NCBI GenBank assembly: GCA_002633005.1
Contig: NMRA01000007.1
Location: 1,576,001 to 1,640,000, forward strand
Length of the DNA: 64,000 nt
Reading direction: 5' to 3'
From: Phoronis australis
Lineage: Eukaryota > Animalia > Phoronida
Shown: in pieces, positions 13,101 through 22,950 of the stretch
How the letters are laid out: each line of letters begins with the position of its first letter
How positions within the stretch are numbered: the first letter of the stretch is position 1
Made by a program: the position numbers and the translations under genes
Notes under the pieces: generated by a model
Databases searched by the model: none
Told to the model about the DNA's origin: nothing
Seen by the model: the letters and a program-made list of their open reading frames with translations, nothing else

Positions 13101-16100
13101 CCGTACCCACATTTCCGGCTCATCAGTTCAGGAACTTGTCCTGAACGCCGACATTTTTTCCTTGTAACTGAATGTGCTATCGCTAGCTCGAAAAGTCTTC
13201 ATTGTTTTGTTTTATTAGCAATATCTCTTGATTCGTTTGCATATGTAGTGTATTTATAGTTTGTAGTTAGTGGTCGTTGAATTTTTTTAATGTTACGCGT
13301 ACTCATTATGTTAAAATAGCATTGGTGTTTAGTTCCTTACCTAGGGCGGTCGAATCTAGGAACCAATTATGAGTCGGACCAATTTTTTTCGTTCTGATTT
13401 TTTTTCTCGTTTTGAAAAAGTACTTTGCTGTCATCGGGAAGGTAGTGCATTCTACTCAGTAAAAATCGAAAAAATATCAAAATCGAGGCAAGCAGTGTAA
13501 AGTTACTGCAATTTTGTGGCAAAATTTGGGTCACTTTGTTTGGATCGCGTCTGCAATATTGGAGGACAGCGGGATAAGTTACGAGTTTAAAACTTTGTGT
13601 AAATTGTTTTCGCCAACAGTTTACGGTGAAATTTAGTGAGACATATCTTTACTTGCTATTCTGCACGGTTCAACAGTGTTCACCAAATTTCAGCCTCGCA
13701 GTTGCTACTCGTTAAGTGATAAATGTGGTCACAATTCCCGTTGGACTTCGTCTCATTTCTGGTGGCACCGACAACATGGCGACTTTTGCTTAACTGGAAG
13801 GCATGTCCAACCTGTTACTTTGTAATTTGTGAAGATTTAACGTTGATACATTTTTACAAACGTTGCTGCAAAAAGGAACTTTGTTCAATTTTCGTGTTTT
13901 TTGTTGCAAAATATAAGATATATTCGAATTATTTTACTGTGAATGTCCCATTCAGGTGATCTTACACAAAAGCTAAAAAAATAGTTGAAATAATTTTGAA
14001 ATGGTTTTTTGTTTGACTGTCAACTGCTGTTCAAGGCTTCATTAGGTGTTACAAAATGAATCATATTTTTCTAAATTTTAAGTCTGAATTGCTTTCAAGT
14101 CATGTTTTGTAACTTATTGCTTCTTAATTCAGGTTATCAAGTCAACAATATGAATAATCTTAATTTGAGAAATAAGCTATGTTGGATTGTGAAGCTTCAA
14201 GCCTCCAATTTTTGTTCCTTGCAACTTCATATTTTTTAATCATGCTTTTCAAATTCTGGTGTAAGAAAACACTATTCGGTCACAATGGTAATAGTTAGAT
14301 GTATGTCCACTTTCATATCATGGAAACTTTTGCTGTTAAATAGTGTTGTAAAGTATTGGGCATTTTAAAATACTTATTATGTTAAAAGGTTGAATCATTT
14401 TGGCTTAATGAATAAAAAATGATAACATTTTGTATTGGACTTGTCATACTTATGTGCTCGAACGAGCCCCCTATTTGTAGAAATGGAAAAAGGTCTGCCT
14501 CAATCAGAGAAGCATGAACTCCGAAAAAAGTAGAAAACGAGACAATATTCCACTAGAAGATAGGAAGTACCAAAATTTAGCGTCTGCAATTCATAGCTCT
14601 GAACATACCCAGTGAATCTTATAATAAAAGATAGACATTCCCAAAAATTCCAGCCCCCCATTTTTTTAGGCTTGGTGGGCTCATACAAAGTCTGGGAAAA
14701 TCTCTGTTGAAAGCCAACAACTTTGCACAGTTCGCCAGAAGTACCCAAGTTCTAAATAGACCTTGTTTCAGCGAGCGCTGTGGTCAGCGACCAGGTAGGC
14801 CTAAGGGTAGCCTTGACGCAAAGCTGTATAGGCCTACTAACAAGCTGTAGTTAGTCTTCATACTGGTAGCTGGCACTGAGGCTAGCTAAGGGCTGCCGCA
14901 GCAGTGTGACACAGGACTAACCAGCCGGTAATTTTATGCAAGTGTCTGAAACTACCTTTGAATATATACGGCATTTATGATTAGAACATTTTACTTCGAC
15001 AAAACAGCTTGCAACCGTATGCCTTTACCGTTCGCCAGTGTTTGGTCTCGATCCGCACCGGGTCCGATAGGCTGCAGTCCCGAGTTCGGCAAAATAATTT
15101 CTGTCAAAATTTATTCCCACATTTCTTCAGTAAATTCGATAAAATTGTCCGTATTTTGCTTTTATTAAAATTAAGGCGCGCTGTCGATTATTTAATCCCC
15201 ATTTGCAGACTGGTAACAGGCACTCGTTCATTCACACTGACGGCGTTTTCTTGGTCTGGGTTCCTGAATGGCTGTGGTTCTTCGGGTGCGAATCGTGAGT
15301 GGTGCGTTCAGTTAAACTTTTTTTGAGTACGGATTGTGTATTAGTTATGGGGTACCTTGGATCTTTATAACATCCTCTAACCATGTAATAAGGGTTAACA
15401 ACGTGATGGGGTACCTTGCATCTTTATAACATCCTCTAACCATGTAATAAGGGTTAACAACGTGTGAGACCAAGACTTTAATTTGACGTGGTTTTTGAGT
15501 TTTTTCTTAAAGTCAGGTCATTTTTGTTAGGTCCTGACGCAAAAGCCTAATATTTTGAAAACAAATTCTAACATCGATTTGGAGAACAGCTATGACCGAG
15601 ACGTAGTTATTCTCTTGGATTTGGAAATAAATGTAACAGAACAATTGATTTGCTTTAGTTTACAATACACACATGCCCACACAGTTATACACGCGCGCGC
15701 GCACACGCACACACACACGCGTGGGCACACACACACACACACAAGTCAAATTGTTTCGTTTCGACTCAAAACACCAATGAAAAGGCACAGCAATGAGGTG
15801 AGCAATACAGAAAACAAATCAGTCAAAGTATCAGAGCCTTACTGGTCAGGTATGTTTTGATTCCATAAGCTGATGGACGTTTCAATTTAAATATGACCTT
15901 TGGACGTGTGTGCCCATTGTAAATATGGCCTCGATTGTCGCTAAAGCGCTCGTTATCTATTTTCTGATATTTCTATACCCGTAACTGAATATGTTTTGCT
16001 TTACAATATAAACACGACAGGTCATAAGACATCGACACTTTATGCGCTTCACATGTGAATTTCAAACAGTATCTTCGTATGTTTTTATAATGAAGGTACT

Positions 16101-16435
16101 GAAAGCAATCTCTATAGTGTGTCAATCGCTTATAATCAGTACTGAATGAAACAATATGCACCTATCAACTTGGTCATTTTATCTTCAGTTTAATTCCTAG
16201 TTGTCACCTCAATTTTGTTTTACTGGTAGTCAACTTAGTCCATTCAGCTATAGCTATAGGTACATGTATACATTGTTGTGTCTAAAGTGCAAATCTCACC
16301 TAAAACATGTCCAAGTAGATTTGACGACGAAGGAATCCCAAATTCGCATTTTCTGGGAATACTTGAGGAATTGTCCGATTCATTCGTCCCGTTAACGAAT
16401 ATGTTGGTGGGTACTTCACTATAACCGTACTCCAT
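4150..16435 (-). CDS. SLC51A: Organic solute transporter alpha-like protein, copy A (7 exons, 358 aa with the proximal exon 1)
   Basis: Exons 16435-16300, 10644-10490, 10203-10130, 7579-7418, 5981-5870, 5053-4801 and 4334-4150 join in frame (1077 nt). The protein has several hydrophobic segments, the diagnostic poly-Cys tract AGPCCCCCCCLP, and the motifs LIPR, GKF, IPCAAPFS and HNSLLAFEVFLL, matching vertebrate OSTalpha as recalled. Confidence 0.9.
9073..9476. mobile_element. PIF/Harbinger-like MITE, specific to unit A
   Basis: TIRs GGCCCGGTCTCCAATCTTT and AAAGATTAGAGACAGGGCC, with a 3-bp TSD CAG. Empty site at ~43370. It is nested in an older TIR element (~8640-9628, ~42974-43516). A relative lies at ~50930-51197. 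Confidence 0.8.
11018..11431. mobile_element. MITE with ~65-bp TIRs (YAGCCTC termini); homologue at ~47376-47766
   Basis: CAGCCTCGTCCCCAAGC.TCAAGATGGCTCTGATCG... and ...CGATCAGGGCCATCTTGATAGCTTGGGGAACGAGGCTA. Confidence 0.7.
12691..12848. mobile_element. ~155-bp MITE with CAGGGGC(G/A)GATCC termini; second copy at 9719-9874
   Basis: The two copies share the internal AGTATTAGCCAGGATTTT..ACATTCGCAC. Both are absent from the homologous unit B sites. Confidence 0.7.
12926..15477. mobile_element. TTAA-flanked TIR element (Kolobok-like termini), specific to unit A
   Basis: TTAA-AGTCCTGGTCTCA ... TGAGACCAAGACT-TTAA. Absent at the homologous site ~49415. Confidence 0.65.
15347..15464. repeat. 59-bp direct tandem duplication
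   Basis: ATGGGGTACCTTG(G/C)ATCTTTATAACATCCTCTAACCATGTAATAAGGGTTAACAACGTG, two copies. Confidence 0.92.
15666..15743. repeat. (CA/CG)n compound microsatellite; homologues at ~18838-18873 and ~49659-49714
   Basis: Runs of ACAC and GCGC are directly visible. Confidence 0.85.
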
Positions 16436-17817
16436 AACACAGTTTGGCTAGTTCACAAATCGTTTGCGGAGCGCCAAAAGTCCCGCGTAAACCCCTCGCT
16501 GCGTTACCGTAGGTGAGAATGGTGGTGCTGGAAACGGCACTGTTAAAAATTCTAGCCAAGCAGCATGACGGCTCAATATTCGGTGATGATTGGTAGACCA
16601 GGAATTAACCCACGTACACGCACACGTACTGGTAAGATCAACACAAAAATAACGAGTTTAAAGCCTATTGTCACACGGGTGAGAAACAACATGACCGCCG
16701 GTCCTCCAAATCCGGCCGACTCACCCCAAAACAGGACCTACGGCTATCAAATTGACCGCCGCCCCAGAAAATGGGACTGACGCATCTAAACACATGACCA
16801 CCCCACCACAAAATAGGAGTCACAAGACCGCCGGAAACTGAACGTGACCTTCGGGGATTGAAACCGCAATGACAATGAGGCTAAAGTTCTATGACCGGTC
16901 AGTTGACCGTTGGCCAATATAGATCATACAATGGGGCTATGCAGGTCTTATGTTGATTATTCCACCGAAATCTTTTGTGTGCTACTGACACTTCTTTTTG
17001 TAAAACACGGCGCTTAATTTTGAGTATCACCAGGCTCTGCTGAGGTATGTGAGTTATAAGCAATTGAAAGACGGTCAGCATTTAAAATTAATAAATCTAA
17101 CCACACACCAACCACGTTGCACACTTTTGAGCTAAATTTAATTAGAATTTTATCCACTGCGTAACTTTTACAACAAAATGAAACCCATTTTATCCAATTT
17201 GGCGTTTTACTCAAGTCAAAAAACGGGCGTCCTGGTTCTCGGGTAAAGTATCCTCATAACTAACCTTGGTGCGGCAGCTGTATACTAAATATCAAGGTTT
17301 GCACAGGAATGGGCAAAGTAAAATCTTCACAAAATTAGTGACACTCTTCCTTGAGTGAACTAAATTATTTATCGGCGTTCGGGAAAAATTGTCCTGCTGC
17401 TGTTATTCTGCTGCTAAATAGTGATGCGTTCTTTTGGGTGGGCTTTCATTGGCCAGTTTCTTTTTCCTCGATTCTTCAATCAGCTGTTCTTCTCTTCCAC
17501 GAGTTTGCGTACATGGCACAACAAATTATCAGAACTGGTTTCATTTCTTTACAAGCTTTTAATATTTTAATACCAACGAAACCGAATTTCAGAACAAGTT
17601 TTGCTGCGTCGAAGCAGTCATCATCTTCCGAAAGATGTCGCAAAATTTTAGGAAATGGCGCGTGCATGTCACGAGCGCAACAGACTTTTCTTTGTTACAA
17701 AAGGCAAAGAATTATGCATGAAAATGACGTGTATTAGATTGTTTTTCACTCAAGCAGTTGCAACCACAGGCGCTTGAGTTTATCAGTTCCTCGATCATCA
17801 CTGACGTCAGTCACTAC

Positions 17818-18777
17818 TAAGAAAACATAAAGGTTGGACACTCAAAATCTGTTTGCTCAGAATTTTCTTCTCAAATGTTCATGGAACTCCGCAAAACCAG
17901 CATCGAACAAATCTTTGAATACATTCTTTCATTTGATCTCTTTAAATTGCCTTCGAGTGGTGATTTGACTACAAAAATGTCAAAAAACGCCAAAACACAA
18001 ATTCAAGGACCTCATTTTGTGACGTAAGACGTTCATGGCAGACAACCTTCGAACATCCGTGTTCTTGGCGGACGGTCACGACGTAATTCCGGAGCTCTGC
18101 GTTCGTGCGCCCACGAATGTTATTTGAGTGCCCTCCACATAATTTAGTATCAGTTGGAATGTAATTACAGCCATGGTATTACGGGTTGCTAGCTTCTAAC
18201 GCTGGTCTACTGCGAAGTGCGGCATTTACCGATGGTGATTTACCGCGACTAAACGCGTGGTCAGACATCGGAAATATCCGCCGAAAACCGAGTGTTCGTG
18301 TGCTTCAACAAAGAGTAGCATATAATGTCAAAATCAAACACAAGATACGCCGGTTCTTGCAATAAAATTCTAGGATAAGGGTTAAAATGAGCTATAGAAG
18401 AAGCAAATTACATTAAGTGGAAGGTTAATCTTAACCTCAATCATTGAAGTTGAGGATTTCTTGACTTTGACTTAGGAGTTGCTTGCTCAAACTCGAAATT
18501 TGATCTTCGACCAGCGTACAAGTTAAAGCACAAATGAAATCCGCCATGTTAACTATTTTAGATCCTTGAATTCAGAGTTTTGAGTTTATTTTGAAAATTT
18601 CGTTGCCAATTCACCACTTACAATGATAATTTAATGAAATCGAGGAAAAATAAGGCTTCGAAGGTTTATGCAATACCAGTCAGAGAAAGATGCAAGTGAT
18701 TTTATTTGAATTTGGGACAGTTGAAGTTGGGAGCCTCGGCTCGGCAAAGTTTTAGTGTCCAACCTTTATGTTTCTTA
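17818..18777. mobile_element. Non-autonomous TIR element (~960 bp)
   Basis: Inverted termini TAAGAAAACATAAAGGTTGGACACT and AGTGTCCAACCTTTATGTTTCTTA. Confidence 0.65.
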
Positions 18778-19167
18778 TATATGCTTATGAGTCCTTCAGA
18801 AATTCGAGCGACTCTGGTTGCAACGGGCAAGGTGAGTGCACACACACACGCACACGCACACGCATAAGCACACAAGTCAAATTGTTTCGACTCAAAAGAC
18901 CAAAGAAAAGGTACAGCCCTCGTTGGTTCCCTACGTACCTAGCCAGCACGCAGGTATCACGCAGTGGCACGCGCTTTAGCATTGGTTGATGTAGCCTCAG
19001 CAATCATTGGTTAGCGTTACAACAACGTGAAAAAATGGCGGACTGTGTACGATTTTTAGTCTTGTCATGCAAGTGGCGTCGCAGCAACTATTTCGTTTCT
19101 GCAGTGATGTTTAATAGCCGCGTGCTTGAAGCACATACACGTACAATAAAAACATATCTGGCCGATT

Positions 19168-19980
19168 CAGTGGCGGATCTAGGATATCACAAGGGGGGGG
19201 CCCAACATTTTGTCCGGCTGTAAACATTTGCGCATACTGAACCACGATTGTAGATGCGCATAGCACCAAATGGGGGGAGGCCCAGGAAATTTTTCTGTTT
19301 TGACCTCTAAAAATCAAGTATTTTCCTTGATTCCTGAAGTATTAACCAAGAAAAAAGGCAAAAAAACGGAGAACGTGTCAAACAGGAAAAACTGCAAGTA
19401 CCAAAGACTCGAACTCACTACCTTGCGCATAGAGCGCGCGTGCGTTACCACTACACCACCACGATTTAGCTACTAATCTCATACTAAGAGACGTACTTGT
19501 TTATGGTCCACAGCGTTTGCGCGCGAAACCTACTTCTTTTTGTAATGCTTATTACACGTTTTGTGCCATCGATTCTTAACAAATTTGTCGTATTTAAAAT
19601 AGTCTTAAAATGCCCAAAAGACCTGGAGCCTGTTCCAAGAAACTGACTTAAGTTCATTTTTGACTTAAGTTTGAGATTTGTCTTAACTTCCAAACTTTGA
19701 AACTTCCACATTTGGTAAGTTAGTCAAAATTAAGGCAAAACTTATGTCAAACATTTAAGTCAAACTTAAGATCTCTTTCTTTAATTGGTTTTGAGACAAA
19801 TTTAACTTTTATTTTAAAAATTACTAAAATTTAAGATTTGTCTTAGCTAAGTCAGTTTTGTTGGAACGGGCCCCAAATCCGTTATTCGTGTCGGCAATAA
19901 TGACCGGGGATTGCTTTGGAAATCGTCTTAACATAAGGTTTGACAAAGAGAGTATTGCGAGTTTCTGAGTGATTCACTAA
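19168..19980. mobile_element. CAGTGGCGGATCTAG-type element with an internal tRNA-like segment; inverted homologue at ~46455-47232
   Basis: Extended reverse-complement homology to 46645-47232. Contains a nested TIR element at ~19625-19873. Confidence 0.65.
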
Positions 19981-20504
19981 GGCTTCTATTAAAATTCCCA
20001 TCTTACCAGCAGCTTCTGTTTTTTCATCGTCACTCAGGTTCCATTTTCTTTAAAAAATGAAGTAAATTTTCTTCATTGCACCATAGATTATAGACAACAG
20101 ATTCGCAACTCCGGCATATTCTTACGAGCTGAGTTGACCTCTAATGACCTATCTGCTGCAGTTTCCGGTCAGTTTTAATTTGACGAGAAATACCTGCATC
20201 TACTTTACTGTCCAAAACAGCGAAAAAAACATTAATTTATATTAATTTCGGTATTGAAACGCTTTTCAAAGTCTTTCAATAGTAGAAGTGTTGGTATTGT
20301 GAGTACTTTTGGCAATGATACTGGTAATTAATTTCAAAATTCAAACTTCGGTTCCGACCCTTTATGTCGTCTGCTTGCCCAATAGCAGCATAGTTATCGG
20401 ACAGTTTTTGATTTACGGTTCACATAGGCCTATTGTGAAAACTACGAAAGCGTGTTTATAAATCAACATTCTCAAGTGAGCAGTTCTTCTGGGAAGTGTT
20501 GAGT

Positions 20505-20561
20505 GGCCCTTAAAAGGGCCGTTGGTTGTAGGTATAGCGTGAAATGGTTCTTAAAAGAACC
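20505..20561 (-). promoter_or_regulatory. Two tandem histone-mRNA-type 3' stem-loops
   Basis: On the minus strand: TCAAC-GGTTCT TTTA AGAACC-ATTTC (20561-20546) and CCAAC-GGCCCT TTTA AGGGCC-ACTCA (20520-20505), followed by purine-rich CAGAAGAA. Both have the 6-bp stem, 4-nt loop, GG..CC base and T-A top pair of the SLBP-binding consensus. Confidence 0.75.
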
Positions 20562-20571
20562 GTTGAATAAT

Positions 20572-20930
20572 TCAACATAAATCACACAGTATACCATGCT
20601 CACTCAAGTAGGCCTACTGAAGGTCCTCTTCATTCAAGTTTTCATCTGGAAAGGTTGGATGAAAACAGAGGAGATGACAATATCGATGACAGTTGTAACA
20701 CCTTAGAAAGTTAGATAGATATCACCGTTCACCAACGTTGTCACGAACCCTGCATCGTTCAGTTCTTGTTCCTGTATCCACAAATAATCCTGAACTGTAG
20801 GAAAAAATGACAAACAACACAACGAATCAAATTTCGAAAATCATCGCCTTCGTACGATTCCGTGTTGCTGTCACCAGACTGATGTTCATCTCCAACGTCC
20901 ATCGTAAAAAATCGACGTTGCAAGTGATGG
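20572..20930 (-). pseudogene. Decayed C-terminal PHD finger, possibly a double PHD
   Basis: ERCRVRDNVGER*YLSNFLRCYNCHRYCHLLCFHPTFP...LQ*AYLSEHGILCDLC* shows C4HC3 spacing; the second Cys is one substitution away (CGT vs TGT). Upstream fragments TCNV, NLIRCVVCH and IICGY suggest a second finger. Confidence 0.7.
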
Positions 20931-22743
20931 AAACTTGTCTACGCTCTCGTCCTTTGTTTCTAACCTTTAACCCATTTTTTAATAAAGGGGTGTACTGTTT
21001 TTGGCTCATGTTGATAGTGCATAATCTATGATTTTACAATGTATTAATAGTGTTAAATGCATATATATGAACTGGTCTCATTGAGGTGCACAGCAAATAA
21101 ATTAACTATAACAAATTAAAGTTTTGAAAATATAAAGAGCAGTAACAGACTCCCTAAAAATTAGGCTTGTTTTCGAAAGGTTTGCGCCATTGGTGATCCG
21201 ATTGGTTCAATCGCTTGCGGCGGGAAAATTGATAGACCCAGTTATTGTGCGCGTGTACACTGTATCAATGCTTTGTATCTTATTCTTATTTGTCTAATCT
21301 GTTGATACAGTAAATTTCCTTATTTATGCCCATCCTGATTTAACCCCGACTTGAGCTCCTTGGGTTTTACCATATTGGGGCTGTCCAGGGACTCACGTGC
21401 ATGCGCGCACCCAGTCTTCAAAATGGGGGGCTCGAATTCCTGACGTTATGGAACTGTTGTTAACAAGAGAGCGGGCAGACCTTTTTGCCCACTTCGCCAA
21501 ATGGGGGGGGCTCGAACCCCCCTCCTCTGAGTGGCGCGCATGACGTGGTGCTTACTCGAATGAGTTTCATTTTAGCGGCTATTTCCAATTGTGTAGGTGA
21601 AGTAAATTAACAAAGTGGATGATTATCATCACCGGTATTTCATCATTAGTATTTTTGTCGGCCTCTCAAGTTTTCCGTGGCTAGGGATTGTCACATCTGT
21701 AAGGTAGACGTGTTTCAGTGAACCTCCATGTTTGTGGCGTTATTTATACCTGACCAAACTTTGAAAAAGAAGCCCGCGTTTAAACCAGGAGCTGCATTGG
21801 GTGCAATTTGTGTAGACGTTTCATGCGCGCACCCAGCCTCTAATACGGGGGCTCGAATCTCTGGCAAAGTGGACCTTTTGCTAACAAAAAGCGTGAGAAC
21901 TAAAATAAAAAACGGGGTGCTGCCGTATTGTGGACTTTCGTCTCTTTCTCTTGGACTTTTCCCCTGGGTGCGCGCATGCGTTTGTCTACGTTGCTAGTTT
22001 TTATAAAGGTGGGCCTGTCTGTAGCCAACTACGGTAAATTCATAAAAGGTCACGTGCAGTGCAACTCAAGTTCATTACAAATTAAAAATCCGAACTTTCA
22101 AACCGTTTGATCTGAGTTGACATCTCAAATCAAAATTATGAAAATGCCACATAAAAGTATGAAATTGAAAATTAGCACACGTCAGCTTCACGTCCCTACC
22201 ACCCCCTTTATCTTGCTTGCTACCTCTTAGGGTTCATTTCCCTTGCTTCCGAGGTTTTTCGTTATTCTGGTATTTTCATAGACTGCAGCGTACTTGGCTA
22301 AGATGGTTCAAGTTTTGTGCGGCATACAGTCGACATAAATAATTGAGTATGTAACCTGCTGTTGAATTGCGGGATAGATTTTGACAGGTCCAGGTATTTA
22401 TTTCTGAAGTATTAATGTAATCTTTATTTATGTTAAAGGTTTTACTAGCGTCCTATTTATTTGTACACGAATGTGAATTTGTTGAAATCGCTGATCCAAA
22501 TCCTGGCCAAATCTGCGCATTATGCTGAGACCAACCGTCTGATCAGGGCCACCTAAGAGTAATTTGGTTAATTCGCTCACTAGACTATGGCTGAAGGTCC
22601 TCGTAAGGACAAGAGTTCACCAGTCACTACCATTGGAAGAAATTTAGCGGACATTTTTCGTCAAAAAGTTTACCAGATAGTTTTCATCAAAACGGAGAAA
22701 AGAAAAATGGATTTGTGAAGACAGGATTAAGTAGTAGGCCTAC

Positions 22744-22950
22744 CAGAGCCTCTTAAAAAACACCCATCTTCGAAGTGTCGTGAACAAATGTATGAGTTTT
22801 TTTTTGGAAAGAAAAACTTCCATTCACGTCGACGCAAGAACATAACTTTTTCTCCCAAAGCGGATTTTGTGGTCTTCGTACACTATGGAAGCTAACGCCT
22901 CTGCATTTCGCCTGCGTAGCCGAACAACCGGCCACACAGCAACCGACCAT
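22744..22950 (-). pseudogene. Frameshifted THAP (C2CH) zinc-finger exon
   Basis: MVGCCVAGCS...GVSFH...W, then in the shifted frame LRRREWKFFFPKKNSYICSRHFEDGCF, which is the THAP consensus pattern. Confidence 0.85.

Noticed and set aside
16900-17800. Possible decayed coding sequence (ORFs 17351-17737 and 17476-17667) and GACCG subterminal-like repeats at 16690-16910
   Set aside because: It is probably a transposon remnant, but I could not recognise a domain or a matching second terminus.
20400-20700. A histone gene explaining the stem-loops
   Set aside because: I saw no histone-like Lys/Arg-rich frame upstream on the minus strand; the adjacent frame is PHD-like.
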